DNA of 63,417 bases from a virus (IMGVR_UViG_3300047552_000359:1-63417); one strand, 5' to 3'. Shown: positions 25,795-36,638, numbered from the stretch's first letter. Notes: generated from the letters alone by a model not told the origin. Made by a program: numbers and translations.

Positions 25795-28271
25795 ATATCA
25801 CTTCAAGACTCCATTTGCGGAGACGACTTTTAAAATGAAGTATGCACAGGGGGCCACGGATTCGTGGCCTCAGTTGTCTAGGCGTTTGGTAAATGATGTA
25901 TGTGGGGATAGAAGTATGTGTGCTAAACCCCTAGACAATCCTCTTATGTCTGCATCAGACCAAGCACAACTTACTCAGTATATTATTGATATGAAGTTCA
26001 TCCCCGGAGGCCGATATCTATATTATGCAGGTAGGCCCGTAAGCTTCTTTAATAATTGTTTTACATTAATAGCAGAGGAGGATACCCGTGAAGAATGGGG
26101 AAATATCTGCAAAAAAGCTAGCGATTGTCTCATGTCTGGAGGAGGCATTGGAGTTGATTACTCGCTCCTACGCCCTTCAGGAAGAACTCTTTCTAGGACA
26201 GGAGGAATCAGTTCAGGACCGCTTCCCCTTATGTCTTCGATTAATGAAATCGGCAGAAACGTCATGCAAGGCGGCTCTAGGAGGAGTGCGATATATGCAA
26301 GCCTTAACTGGCAACACGAAGACATAGAGGCTTTCTTAGCAATTAAAGATTGGCCTCAGGTTATTAGGGATTTAAAAGCACAAGACTTTAATTTCCCTGC
26401 TCCGCTAGATATGACTAATGTATCTATTAATTGGGATACAACTTTTATTGAATCAGTAGCAACACGAGATAGAGAAGGATATGTAAATATTTTAAATAAA
26501 GCACCACAACTTTGGTATGACTCTGTATTGAAGATGTGTAAGAGTGGGGAACCGGGGCACTCTTATAACTTCTGGGAGAATGAGAAAGATACAGGGCGTA
26601 ATGCGTCAAATTCTGTAGGCGCACACTGTTAGTAATAGCAGTGAAATAAACCAAGCGAAAAACGGGGAAAGGTTACTGACCCAATCCCGTGCCAACTCGT
26701 TATGAGAGGTGTAGAGACTATGACTAAAAGAGAATTAATAAAATATGTTAGTGCTTTTACAATGGGAGATGGTGGTGTTTATTATTCAGGAAAACATTGT
26801 AGATTTATATGTAATCAAATTGCTGCTAATAGAGATTATATAGACTGGCGAGCAGGTATATTAAGTAATATTACATCAGTCAATATATTTGAAAACCAGC
26901 AAGAAAATAAACAATTAATTTTATGCACTCAAACTAAAACACACCCTATCTACACTAATGTGCGTGAAAGATTGTATATAGATTCATATAAATCAGTGGA
27001 CCCTCACTACTTAACTCTATTGGATTGGGAAATGTTAGCTATTCTATATCAAGATGATGGTAGTATTTATAAAGACACTAGGTGTGATGCAACCCCTAAT
27101 GTACGATTAAATACTAAAAGACTATCTTATGGCGATTCTTGGTTACTTAAAAAAGCCATAAAAGAAAAATTAGATATAGAATTTAATGTTAATAAGCACT
27201 ACCATAGATATTTTCTATCTCTTCGTACTAAAGACTATGATAAATTCAAGTCTGGAGTCGAGGATTTTATTAAACCGAGCTTTTTACATAAGCTAATTTA
27301 GTCGTATGCTTGGCCCCATAGGTATATTTATGGGTGGTGATATAGTCCGACCCTTATAGTAATATAAGGAGCTAATCAGAAATGAATTAGCCTTGTAACA
27401 AAGTGGTACAGAATTTACTTCGGAGGATGATTCTGATGTATGTAATCTAGGGAGTATTAATCTAGGTAATATTAATTCTATTGAGGAGCTTAGGGATGTT
27501 ACAACTCTTGCTAGCAAGTTTCTTATTTGCGGTTCTATTCGAGGGGATTTACCGTATGAAAAAGTCCGGTTAGTTAGAGAGCGTAATCGTAAGATTGGCT
27601 TAGGACTTATGGGTATACATGAGTGGCTTCTTAAGAGAGGTAAATCGTATGAGGTAGATGATGAACTCAAAGCATGGCTACAAGTATATAAGTATGAATC
27701 TGAAGCAGCAGCTAACGAACATTGTGACAGATTTTTTATCAATAGACCGAAAAAGTATAGGTGTATCGCCCCTGCCGGAACCATTGGTATACTCGCATCA
27801 ACTTCTACGGGAATTGAGCCAATATACGCAGTGGCGTACAAACGACGTTATCTGGAGCAAGGCTCAAAGTGGAAGTATCAATATGTTATTGATGCGACTG
27901 CTCAAAGAATCATTGAAGAAACAGGATGTGACCCAGACAATATTGAAACAGCCTTGTCACTTGCGGCTACTCCCGAAAAGAGGATAAAGTTTCAATATGA
28001 TATTCAAAAGTACGTAGATATGGCCATTAGTAGTACAATCAATCTACCTGAATGGGGGAGTAAATTAAACAATGAATCAACATGCAAGGAATTGGCGGAT
28101 ACTCTGCTTCAGTATTGTCATGGTCTTCGTGGCATCACTGTGTACCCTGATGGTAGCCGTGGTGGTCAGCCCCTAACCGTAGTACCTTACGAGCAGGCTA
28201 TGCACCATAAGGGAACTATATTTGATGAAAATGAAGAAGGGCCGTGTAAAGGGGGAATTTGTGGAATCTAA
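25787..28271 (+). CDS. nrdJ: Class II (B12-dependent) ribonucleotide reductase (exons 25787-26606, 27406-28271)
   Basis: PGGR, NNC, GGGIG, QGGSRRSA, spliced NACTE, CNLG, APAGT, SSTINL, C-terminal CxxxxC; no NrdB gene found. Confidence 0.88.
26607..27405 (+). mobile_element. Group I intron in RNR
   Basis: P1 UGCGU/GCGCA; P10 AATTCTGTA pairs with 3' exon TACAGAATT; CGGGGAAA, AATCCCG, GTAGAGACTA, GATATAGTC; terminal G. Confidence 0.92.
26720..27301 (+). CDS. Intron-encoded LAGLIDADG homing endonuclease
   Basis: SAFTMGDG and LAILYQDDGS motifs. Confidence 0.88.
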   Translation: MTKRELIKYVSAFTMGDGGVYYSGKHCRFICNQIAANRDYIDWRAGILSNITSVNIFENQQENKQLILCTQTKTHPIYTNVRERLYIDSYKSVDPHYLTLLDWEMLAILYQDDGSIYKDTRCDATPNVRLNTKRLSYGDSWLLKKAIKEKLDIEFNVNKHYHRYFLSLRTKDYDKFKSGVEDFIKPSFLHKLI

Positions 28272-28354
28272 AGTAATTAAAAAGATTATAGTCACTGAAG
28301 ATTTTGTGTATGGAAACTATGAAGTAATGCTTAAGAAGATAACTACAACAGAGT

Positions 28355-28672
28355 ATGTATTTGAAGAGGAACCTGATGCAGATACCCAATAGTATACAGT
28401 TAATGGGACACACTATAGATATTGTGTGGTCTACTACTCTTGTACATGACCATGATGCATTAGGTATGTCTGATTACAGAAATCAGCGTATTATTCTACA
28501 AGAGAATACATATGTATATCCTGTACCAAGGACAATCATAGAACAAGCATACCTGCATGAATTGATTCATTTTATATTTGGGTGCTTAGGTGAGATTGAC
28601 TTGAGGGATAATGAACAACTTGTGGATAATGTGGCAGGGTTACTTAATCAGGCCCTACAAGAAACAGAATAA
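28355..28672 (+). CDS. Small HExxH zinc-metallopeptidase-like protein
   Basis: YLHELIH followed by a downstream E. Confidence 0.7.
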   Translation: MYLKRNLMQIPNSIQLMGHTIDIVWSTTLVHDHDALGMSDYRNQRIILQENTYVYPVPRTIIEQAYLHELIHFIFGCLGEIDLRDNEQLVDNVAGLLNQALQETE

Positions 28673-28684
28673 ATAAGATAAACA

Positions 28685-28710
28685 AAGGGCCTCAAAACAT
28701 CGAGGCCCTT
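28685..28710. terminator. Probable bidirectional terminator where the two genome arms converge
   Basis: AAGGGCCTC...GAGGCCCTT hairpin between convergent genes. Confidence 0.8.
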
Positions 28711-28723
28711 ATCTTTACCTACA

Positions 28724-29074
28724 TTATTTAGGTCTAGCTATAAGAGATGAAATAGGAAATACTGCAGTACCTACTCCATCTGTAAAGAAATAAGCAGTAG
28801 CTGCTGTCCTAACAGATGCTGTCTGAACACATTCAATTTTATAATCAACACTATTATCTACAGTAAAAGTACTTGTACCTGTCTTAAGCAAAGCATATGA
28901 GGTCACATCTTTAGCCGTAAAGCTATTATCTACGTTAGCTTTACCAGAAAAAACAAAGCAGGTAGTATTTGAGTTTCCACCTAGAGCAGAGGAATATCCT
29001 TTAAAGCCCCAAGTAGCACTAAATGCAACAGTAGGAATTAAACAAAGAGCAACAGCAAGAATTACTTTTTTCAT
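28724..29074 (-). CDS. Exported hypothetical protein
   Basis: Signal peptide MKKVILAVALCLIPTVAFSA. Confidence 0.75.
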   Translation of the reverse strand: MKKVILAVALCLIPTVAFSATWGFKGYSSALGGNSNTTCFVFSGKANVDNSFTAKDVTSYALLKTGTSTFTVDNSVDYKIECVQTASVRTAATAYFFTDGVGTAVFPISSLIARPK

Positions 29075-29085
29075 AATAATCTCCT

Positions 29086-29526
29086 TTATTTTTGTAGAAA
29101 TACACGAGCCTTAATTCTATCAGGCGTAGGGTCTACATTAGTTCTAAATTGTACGTACTTCCAATCATCTTCTATGCCAAAGGTGTATGTCTCTCCTGCA
29201 TAAATCTCCACAGCATAATTACCATTAATAAGCATAGTACAATCTGCAGTAGATTTCTTAAGCTGTGCGCCTGCTGTGTAATGCTTAAAGCAAGATACTT
29301 GCATAGCTGTTGCTTTCATGGTACTAGTATTAGTACTTAAGTTCATAAATGGCGCAGAGTACTCAGCACGCTTCTGCCATAGGTTATTTATATTAGGGGT
29401 AAAGTAAGGACTTACAGCCCCATGTTTATCCCTAGGAAATATACCTAGTGTGTCAGTAGCTATAGCATAGCTACCTATAAATATACCCAATACACTGATT
29501 GCTACAACCTTATGCCATCTTTTCAT
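29086..29526 (-). CDS. Exported hypothetical protein
   Basis: Signal peptide MKRWHKVVAISVLGIFIGSYAIA. Confidence 0.7.
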   Translation of the reverse strand: MKRWHKVVAISVLGIFIGSYAIATDTLGIFPRDKHGAVSPYFTPNINNLWQKRAEYSAPFMNLSTNTSTMKATAMQVSCFKHYTAGAQLKKSTADCTMLINGNYAVEIYAGETYTFGIEDDWKYVQFRTNVDPTPDRIKARVFLQK

Positions 29527-29534
29527 ATTCTCTC

Positions 29535-29987
29535 CTATCCTATTTTTATTTTACCTGCTTTCCAATCAGCACGATGCTGTCTCCAATCTGCAGATTCTAC
29601 ATGTGGGTTATCTTTTAATGATGTGAAATGCCCACCCCAAGTAAGACCCATTCCTTCAGCTAACTCACCTAGAGCTTCCCAATACTTCTTAGGAGCATCC
29701 CACCATTCTTTACCATCTTTAAGTGGCACAAAGTCAATAGCATCCCCGAAATTATGAGGAGACTGCCCACCTCTCGCATTGGTTACTTTCTCATCAGCTT
29801 CATCTATTTTACCATCCCTATCATTATCTATCTTATCTGTAGGTCGATTATATAGACTATCTTGATAAGCTATAGTACGCCTAGCTTGTACAATAACCCA
29901 TTCAATACCTGTAGACTTCTCTAAAGCTTCTATTAGTATAAGTACTTGAGCTTTAAAGTCTTCATTAAGTGTATCTATCTTAGCCAT
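29535..29987 (-). CDS. Endolysin, peptidase M15 (L-Ala-D-Glu peptidase-like)
   Basis: RTIAYQ, TNARGGQSPHNFGDAID, WGG, DNPHVE. Confidence 0.92.
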   Translation of the reverse strand: MAKIDTLNEDFKAQVLILIEALEKSTGIEWVIVQARRTIAYQDSLYNRPTDKIDNDRDGKIDEADEKVTNARGGQSPHNFGDAIDFVPLKDGKEWWDAPKKYWEALGELAEGMGLTWGGHFTSLKDNPHVESADWRQHRADWKAGKIKIG

Positions 29988-29990
29988 ACA

Positions 29991-30362
29991 TTACCACCTA
30001 TACCCTGTCTTTATTTTGATTGTCTCTATATTACCTACCCCATTCATAGCCTGCCACATATTATATTCAGCATCTACGTAAACATTATCTGTTATTTTAT
30101 AACTACACCCTATTTCATAAATACCACTTGTAGGGATTATACCTGTGGTAGATACTTCACTTAAAGTAATATTAGTAGCAAATCTAGGAGTAAATTCATT
30201 TAGTTTCTTGTCAAATAAGAAACCTATATCATACTTAGTTATATATTTCTTATTAGCTTGTCCTGCTATATCACTATGAGGATATGTAGTAATAGATACC
30301 TCAGAAGCAAATGCATAAGAAGAAAGGATTATACTGCTAAGAATTATTAGTAATGTTTTCAT
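29991..30362 (-). CDS. Putative outer-membrane beta-strand protein
   Basis: Signal peptide, alternating beta-strand pattern, C-terminal IKTGYRW. Confidence 0.55.
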   Translation of the reverse strand: MKTLLIILSSIILSSYAFASEVSITTYPHSDIAGQANKKYITKYDIGFLFDKKLNEFTPRFATNITLSEVSTTGIIPTSGIYEIGCSYKITDNVYVDAEYNMWQAMNGVGNIETIKIKTGYRW

Positions 30363-30921
30363 TTAAGTATCCTTTTATATAATGGTCGGATATATCTAGT
30401 ATATCTTTATCTTTATCTTTGATAATATATGGTTCTGTTCTATGACAGTAAGTAAAATAAGGCATTAGTGGTATAGGGTCATCATCTCTTATTACCCTAA
30501 TGTGATTCAATTCTGGGTGAGTACTGAATCTAAAATATACTCTAGGGCTTCCAAATGTGACTAAGGTGCCTCCAAAATATTCACATAATAGCGTAGCGAC
30601 GGCACCACCAAAACTATGCCCTGTGAATACTAATTTATGATTATCTAGTTTTCTTAGTTTGTGTTTTACGTTAGTAATTATTTCTTTATAACCTGACATA
30701 AATCCTGCATGACATAAGTAGCCTTTAGGAGATACTACAGGTAAAGCTAGTATATCCCTCAATCCATTAGTAATATTTTTAGTGCCACGTACTACTATGA
30801 AAGCTGTATTCTTAACTACAAATACACCAAATCTCATATCCTCATGATTATTAAATCCTTTAGTATCTACAATATAACTTGCTTGACATAATGTTTTACA
30901 TTTTCTAATAAGGTCTATCAT
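30337..30921 (-). CDS. Lipase class 3 family protein
   Basis: VRGT, HAGF, TGHSFGG nucleophile elbow, TFGSPR, DDPIP, DH. Confidence 0.9.
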   Translation of the reverse strand: MIDLIRKCKTLCQASYIVDTKGFNNHEDMRFGVFVVKNTAFIVVRGTKNITNGLRDILALPVVSPKGYLCHAGFMSGYKEIITNVKHKLRKLDNHKLVFTGHSFGGAVATLLCEYFGGTLVTFGSPRVYFRFSTHPELNHIRVIRDDDPIPLMPYFTYCHRTEPYIIKDKDKDILDISDHYIKGYLNENITNNS

Positions 30922-31340
30922 ATACCAAACAAGCCTCCTGATTCTTTATTATGAGTTCTTTCCATAGCCTCTATAGTCCTTGCCTTTTCTACAGCAGAAG
31001 AACAACTATCACATATAGATTGTACAGTAATAACTCTATCAAGCTTTTCATTCATATCTCGTTGCTGTTGTTTCATTTCTTTAATGCCACCTAGAATCTG
31101 CTTACCTACAAACCAACAGACTGTAGTTAAAGAGCCTATTAGGAATATAATGATAGTTATTAAAGTAGTAAAGCCTTGTTTTATTATAGGTATAGCTATA
31201 TCTTTATGTTCCTCTAATGTCTTAAAGTTAGCTTCTGTTGCTGAAGAGCAGAAGTTTACTATAAATAGAGAAGCTATAAAACCTAGAAGTAATAAAGTCC
31301 CGCTTGATACCCACAAAGTTGCTTTACTATCTTTATCCAT
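30918..31340 (-). CDS. Membrane protein, possible holin
   Basis: Two hydrophobic segments plus a coiled-coil, upstream of the endolysin. Confidence 0.5.
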   Translation of the reverse strand: MDKDSKATLWVSSGTLLLLGFIASLFIVNFCSSATEANFKTLEEHKDIAIPIIKQGFTTLITIIIFLIGSLTTVCWFVGKQILGGIKEMKQQQRDMNEKLDRVITVQSICDSCSSAVEKARTIEAMERTHNKESGGLFGI

Positions 31341-31357
31341 ATATTACCCCTATAATA

Positions 31358-31735
31358 TTATAATAATGATGCATCTTTAAACATATTATCTGTTTGCTCT
31401 TGAGTCCATCCAAACATTAGTCTTAACTGCTCTACCATAGGATTACTACGCCATATATCTTTAGAAGTGTCCCACTCTATTTTTTCCCTTCGTGATAATT
31501 GTGGAACTACATCTTCTATTATAATATCTAATACATTACGCCCATTTATTAATGGTAAGTTATCTAAATATAACTGACACTGCCTCATAGTTATGATTTG
31601 TGGAATAATCTCTGTAAATGTTATTTCTTTTATTGGGGTAGTTATAACCCACCCTTTTTTAGGGAGAGAACTGGCATTAAATTCATCTTCTGTACCAGAC
31701 CACTCACTATATTTATCCCCAAGTTTTATCCACAT
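31358..31735 (-). CDS. Tail-associated hypothetical protein
   Basis: ITMRQ...IEW...EQTDNMF pattern, downstream of tail fibre genes. Confidence 0.55.
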   Translation of the reverse strand: MWIKLGDKYSEWSGTEDEFNASSLPKKGWVITTPIKEITFTEIIPQIITMRQCQLYLDNLPLINGRNVLDIIIEDVVPQLSRREKIEWDTSKDIWRSNPMVEQLRLMFGWTQEQTDNMFKDASLL

Positions 31736-31743
31736 AGTATCTC

Positions 31744-32403
31744 CTATAATAGATGTTTTTTATTATTTAAATATAATAATTTAATTTCATTAGCAGTTAA
31801 TTGTCTATTATATATTTGTAGATGGCTTATTGTACCATCCCAAACACCACCACCAAAGTACCATTTACCCAAACAAAAATCAGAACTATCCCCAAAATTT
31901 ACATTCATTGTACCAGACCCATATGAGACACCATTAACATATATATCTGTTTTATGATTACTTGTTGGTATATGTGTAACTACTACCTCAAATGGAATAC
32001 CTGCAGTAGGAGTAAATGTACTTAAAAAATAACTGCCTGCACCATTTGCTGAATATTCTATTTGTATTACTCCTTGATATAGTCCAACAGTCCACCATTG
32101 AGTTACATTAGTGTTATAATTACGAGTACTAAATAGAGCATAGTAACTAGATGTAACATTTGTTTTAGCCCTCAATCTAACAGACCAAGAGCCGGAATAC
32201 CAAGACACAGGTGATGTATCTGCCACTAAAGTCTTATTATTTACATTCCAAGCTCCACCCATAATACCAGTAATATAATCTGGCGTTGCTGCGCTATCAT
32301 TTAAATCTCTACAATATAATGATGGAGATGTTCCTATTTTATCCTCTAGTGAATTTTGTAGTGGCCAGTAATTAGTACACCCAGTTAATATACTATTATT
32401 CAT
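31744..32403 (-). CDS. LamG/concanavalin A-like domain protein
   Basis: YWPL, IYVNG, GTISHLQIYNRQLTANEI. Confidence 0.85.
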   Translation of the reverse strand: MNNSILTGCTNYWPLQNSLEDKIGTSPSLYCRDLNDSAATPDYITGIMGGAWNVNNKTLVADTSPVSWYSGSWSVRLRAKTNVTSSYYALFSTRNYNTNVTQWWTVGLYQGVIQIEYSANGAGSYFLSTFTPTAGIPFEVVVTHIPTSNHKTDIYVNGVSYGSGTMNVNFGDSSDFCLGKWYFGGGVWDGTISHLQIYNRQLTANEIKLLYLNNKKHLL

Positions 32404-35400
32404 ATATAGTAACCCCCACTACCATAGTATCTGCAGCACTGCTATCTGTTGCAGATAATCTACGTATATATCCTCGCCATACTTGGCCAGCAGAAATAGT
32501 ATCTGTTGTTGCTATTGTAATAAGCATTCTCCTCATATAAGCTGCGCCATTTTCACCAGAGGATGTAAATGTATAAGTAGTATCTGAATACCCCGTACTA
32601 GACGTAGGTAATGCTGTACTTCCTATTTGGTCGCCTCCCTTAGTTGCATAATTTAATTCTTTTATGCCACACGCCATTATCATTGTTTCATTATTTGTAA
32701 GGGTACCTGACATATAATAATCTATAGCTACTTTTATAGTGCCCCCTGTATAATACGCTGTTAAGCCAGAGGGGATTGTAAAATAAGCCATCATACCAGA
32801 AGCATTTGCTCCATCAAATTCAAGATAAAAATAATCATTAGTAGAATCTGCACCATATAAAACAGGCTCTGTAGTAGCCCCTATTAAATCAAAAGAACCC
32901 GGAAGTAATCCCACTCTAAATTTATTGCCTGCTGATAATTTATTAATACTTTGTAGAATTGTATCTCCAGCTGCTACTGCACCTAATCCCTCAGAAAAGT
33001 TGGTTAATGTTTGTCCCGTAATGTCTACATCTGCTGCAGTAGATAATGCACCTGTTGACGTAGTAACCTTAACAAGTCCCGTAGATAATGCGCCTAAAGT
33101 ATTATAATTAACTCTATTATCTAAAGCACCCTGAACAGTAGTCACTACTTCAGGAGTAGTAGGAGTGTATGTAATAGAAGAGGCATTACTAGATGCTATT
33201 GCACCACCTGATATGCTAGAGGTAGTTCTATAATCATCTACAGTAGCCTTAGGTTGTATTAAACCTGCACCATTAACTATAACTCGCCATAAGAGTTTAT
33301 ATTCTGCGCTTAATCCCATAGCAGCTACGCTAGGGGGTGCAACGGCCCTTGCATTAGCGACTGATGTGTAGCCAGCTATGTTTCCTACAGCTACAGTCTC
33401 AACAAAACAATAAATAGGTTTTTCTACATCAGTTGTACCAAATAAGAAGAAATTAAAATATCTAGACGATTGATTTGTTGTTACTAAAGCATACGTGTCT
33501 GCCCTCACAGCCTGTATTCCCCCACTATATAAATAAGGCAGAGTGCTTGATTCAGACACAAGTGCATATGCTGTTGCACTTGTCTGTCTGAAAATTCTAC
33601 AGGTTGTTTGGGGTGCCACAGTGAATGCTAAATCCTCATCATATAAGGCCCCTTGGTCTATTGCAAAGGTAGTTCCCGTAAATGTGAAATTAAGCCCAGA
33701 GCCACCATAACGGGCACCAATAGTTTGATGTGCCCATAAGTGCCAAGCGGTATCTCTATCATAGCCGTGTCGTTCATCATTTACAAGACCTACCGTACCA
33801 TCCCACCAAACAGTAGCTATAATAACATTACCTGATTCTGCAGTTAGTCCGGGGAATACCTTAGACTCAGTTAAAGTACCTGCGCTGTTAAAGTAAATAA
33901 AATGTATTCCATTTATAGACCCACCTGTAGTATCTGTTAATACTACCTCTTTTAAAGTGTTTACTATAATACGAGTACCATTATTATAGTAAGTCATAGG
34001 TGTAGTATTACAAGCTAAACTAAAGGTTGTAGTAGTTAATTTAGTTGGTAATGGAGATACTGTAGTCCTAGAAACAACTCCATGAAAAGCATGGGCATTA
34101 ACATCAGATGCCACTAAAGTGTCTGTTCCAGTATTTTTATTGTGCGTAGATGCGTGTGCTAAAGGTGTTCTAGCATCAGATAATCTGGAATCTAATGTAT
34201 TAACTGGAGTAAATCCTAATGCGGGCTCTGCACCTATATCTGAAGGGACTGCACCACTTTTACTTACTCTACCCCAAGGTAGTAACCCACCAACCCAATC
34301 CTCAAATATATGTTGTTCAATTGACCAAACATTACTTCCATTGTACGTTAATTCTATAGTGTCATATGTGAATGACACAAAAGTAATAAAATACTGATTC
34401 ACTCCTGTATCTAGGTAATAATACAACCCAACTGTGTTAGTAACTAAGGCTATAGCCGCATCCTTTTGGGCATCATCATAGCCTGTAAAGTCACCAAGAT
34501 AAGTAGGAATAACACCACTGGCTGCAAATGACGCACTAGGTGGAAGAAATACAACCTGTGGGTCGCCAGCCATATCTGTAAAGCGAACCTTTGCTCCTTG
34601 GGCGAAATCATTAAGTAATTGAATTCTATTACTATATGTACTATATAAAGCTATACAAAAGAAAGTCTGATTATACCTTGCCCTATCAACACCTGTGCCA
34701 TCTTCATCCTCTACCTGACCTGTATATGCCCCAGATATTTCTGTAAGCACTCCAGAAGTAAGGTCAGTCCTTACTCCTATATCGTCGAAAATCTGATTAT
34801 ATTCTTGAGGCGAAAGGTATTGAACACTGCCTGTACCATTCCACCCTATAAAGCCACCACGAGGTACGTTTGTATTAAGAGTCCAAGGGGCTGTAGTACA
34901 ATTCCAAAAGGCGTAATCTCCATTGATTTCAGCAGAGAATGTAATTGTTATATCTCTTACTCGTATCATCGGTACTGTAGTACCTAGAGTTGTACCCCCC
35001 ACTTGATATTTTTCCGGGATAACATAAGCACTTGAGCCATTACCTTGTATTTTAAGGGCATAGTCACCAATCGGATTAGTGAGCCACACTAGCAACGAGT
35101 TTGAAAGCTGCTTAGTTATTAATCCCTCAGAACCATTAGAAACGTATAGGTAGGTATTCGGAAAATTAAAGGCATAGTTTCCTGTATCAGGATTAGGTAA
35201 GAACTCTACCCACATCAAAGGTTGGTCGTAGTCAGCAGCTTGAGCGAACCAGTGAGAAGTAATAACCTCCTCTCCTACCGTTATATCAAACGTAAGCCAA
35301 GTAGCCTCCCCTACTCCTGCAACTACGTCTGCAGATATAGGTGTGTAGTCATCGGGCACACCGGAAGTAAGGGTCCTATAGTTGGGGTGCGGATTACCTA

Positions 35401-36214
35401 GTCCATCCCAATCCGAGAGCGTCCGACTATAAGTATCCGGTATTATCACACCCTCAAAGAATGATACTTGAAGAGCCCCACAACAGTTCATAAACACTTT
35501 AGTGTTAATGGAGTCAGTCTTTTCATTCGTCCTTGGCACGAAGAATAATGCCAAGTTACCTGACGGAACCCATTGGTCAGGAGAATAATACTCAAACTGC
35601 CAGTGCTCGTGACAGCCTAGTTTTAACCCGTAATCTGCTAATCTATTTGGGTATTCTCCTGTAATAGAAAAATCGTGAGTAGTCATGTGCCCAAAATTAC
35701 TACAAAATGCAACACAAGATATTCCATTAGTTATAGCATTAGCGGAAGTATCTATCTCTAATTTAAAATCACTAGGTAATGTAGTATTTATACCTACTGG
35801 TAATAAAACATACGCAGTTATAGGCGTAGTAGAACTCCTAATAACTATACGAGACTCTCCATAAGTACCTGCTATGTAGGGGTCAGCAGGGTCAAATCCT
35901 TCTATAGATGGGTCTAGGTAATAATCCCCACCTAGAATTACATTTTCCTCATCCCACACACCCCTTACAGAATTATCTAAAGTTCCTGTAGGTATAGGAG
36001 GTAATCCGCCACTCTCTATAATAACATCTCCCGTTAAGCCATTAACAGATGTTACAGGATTTAGTAGTGGGTTGTGATTATATGTTGTTTCATGAGAAGG
36101 TACATCACCATGCACTACATTAACTATAGTAGGTGTTGTAGTTATCTCTGTAGTTACAGGTAGCACCGTGATGTTTATGTTTTCAGAATCTATTGTGATT
36201 ATAGTATCACTCAT
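32396..36214 (-). CDS. Tail fibre / spike protein
   Basis: 1272 aa, Thr/Gly/Ser-rich; VTSVNG, DSRLSDARTPLAHASTH and TVQGAL fibre motifs. Confidence 0.8.
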   Translation of the reverse strand: MSDTIITIDSENINITVLPVTTEITTTPTIVNVVHGDVPSHETTYNHNPLLNPVTSVNGLTGDVIIESGGLPPIPTGTLDNSVRGVWDEENVILGGDYYLDPSIEGFDPADPYIAGTYGESRIVIRSSTTPITAYVLLPVGINTTLPSDFKLEIDTSANAITNGISCVAFCSNFGHMTTHDFSITGEYPNRLADYGLKLGCHEHWQFEYYSPDQWVPSGNLALFFVPRTNEKTDSINTKVFMNCCGALQVSFFEGVIIPDTYSRTLSDWDGLGNPHPNYRTLTSGVPDDYTPISADVVAGVGEATWLTFDITVGEEVITSHWFAQAADYDQPLMWVEFLPNPDTGNYAFNFPNTYLYVSNGSEGLITKQLSNSLLVWLTNPIGDYALKIQGNGSSAYVIPEKYQVGGTTLGTTVPMIRVRDITITFSAEINGDYAFWNCTTAPWTLNTNVPRGGFIGWNGTGSVQYLSPQEYNQIFDDIGVRTDLTSGVLTEISGAYTGQVEDEDGTGVDRARYNQTFFCIALYSTYSNRIQLLNDFAQGAKVRFTDMAGDPQVVFLPPSASFAASGVIPTYLGDFTGYDDAQKDAAIALVTNTVGLYYYLDTGVNQYFITFVSFTYDTIELTYNGSNVWSIEQHIFEDWVGGLLPWGRVSKSGAVPSDIGAEPALGFTPVNTLDSRLSDARTPLAHASTHNKNTGTDTLVASDVNAHAFHGVVSRTTVSPLPTKLTTTTFSLACNTTPMTYYNNGTRIIVNTLKEVVLTDTTGGSINGIHFIYFNSAGTLTESKVFPGLTAESGNVIIATVWWDGTVGLVNDERHGYDRDTAWHLWAHQTIGARYGGSGLNFTFTGTTFAIDQGALYDEDLAFTVAPQTTCRIFRQTSATAYALVSESSTLPYLYSGGIQAVRADTYALVTTNQSSRYFNFFLFGTTDVEKPIYCFVETVAVGNIAGYTSVANARAVAPPSVAAMGLSAEYKLLWRVIVNGAGLIQPKATVDDYRTTSSISGGAIASSNASSITYTPTTPEVVTTVQGALDNRVNYNTLGALSTGLVKVTTSTGALSTAADVDITGQTLTNFSEGLGAVAAGDTILQSINKLSAGNKFRVGLLPGSFDLIGATTEPVLYGADSTNDYFYLEFDGANASGMMAYFTIPSGLTAYYTGGTIKVAIDYYMSGTLTNNETMIMACGIKELNYATKGGDQIGSTALPTSSTGYSDTTYTFTSSGENGAAYMRRMLITIATTDTISAGQVWRGYIRRLSATDSSAADTMVVGVTIYE

Positions 36215-36627
36215 TACTTAGTCGCCTCTCCTACAACTTTAGCTTTATTTCCTGCACCAAAAGGTTTAAACACATAAGGAGTAGCATCATCATTATAAAG
36301 TTCACAATCCCAAAAACCCTTACCTGCTACCATTCCTGCAGTTTGTACTGATGTAAGTTTAAGAGAGCAAGTTAGTAAGGTGGTAGATGTCTTTACTATA
36401 GTACCCGCAAAATCTACTGATGATACACTATCTAAAGATGTTCTGTATTTAGCTCTTAGCCCAGTACCTGTATCTAAGGCACCACTTACTACCCTACCCT
36501 CACAGAACATAGCCATTATATTAGCAGGTAGTGTGATTGTGAAATCTAATATAAATGTAGAACCCTGCTCAATAGGGGGATTATCTACTCTATTTATAAC
36601 ATCATAATATCCTATATCGTATCCCAT
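36214..36627 (-). CDS. Tail accessory protein
   Basis: IEQGSTF...L...QTA...WDCEL pattern, upstream of the fibre gene. Confidence 0.55.
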   Translation of the reverse strand: MGYDIGYYDVINRVDNPPIEQGSTFILDFTITLPANIMAMFCEGRVVSGALDTGTGLRAKYRTSLDSVSSVDFAGTIVKTSTTLLTCSLKLTSVQTAGMVAGKGFWDCELYNDDATPYVFKPFGAGNKAKVVGEATK

Positions 36628-36638
36628 AGTGTCTCCTA

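Noticed and set aside
27293-27841. 182-aa - strand ORF
   Set aside because: Antisense to RNR exon 2 and the intron 3' end.
32396-36214. Diversity-generating retroelement targeting the tail fibre
   Set aside because: No reverse transcriptase and no template/variable repeat pair was seen.
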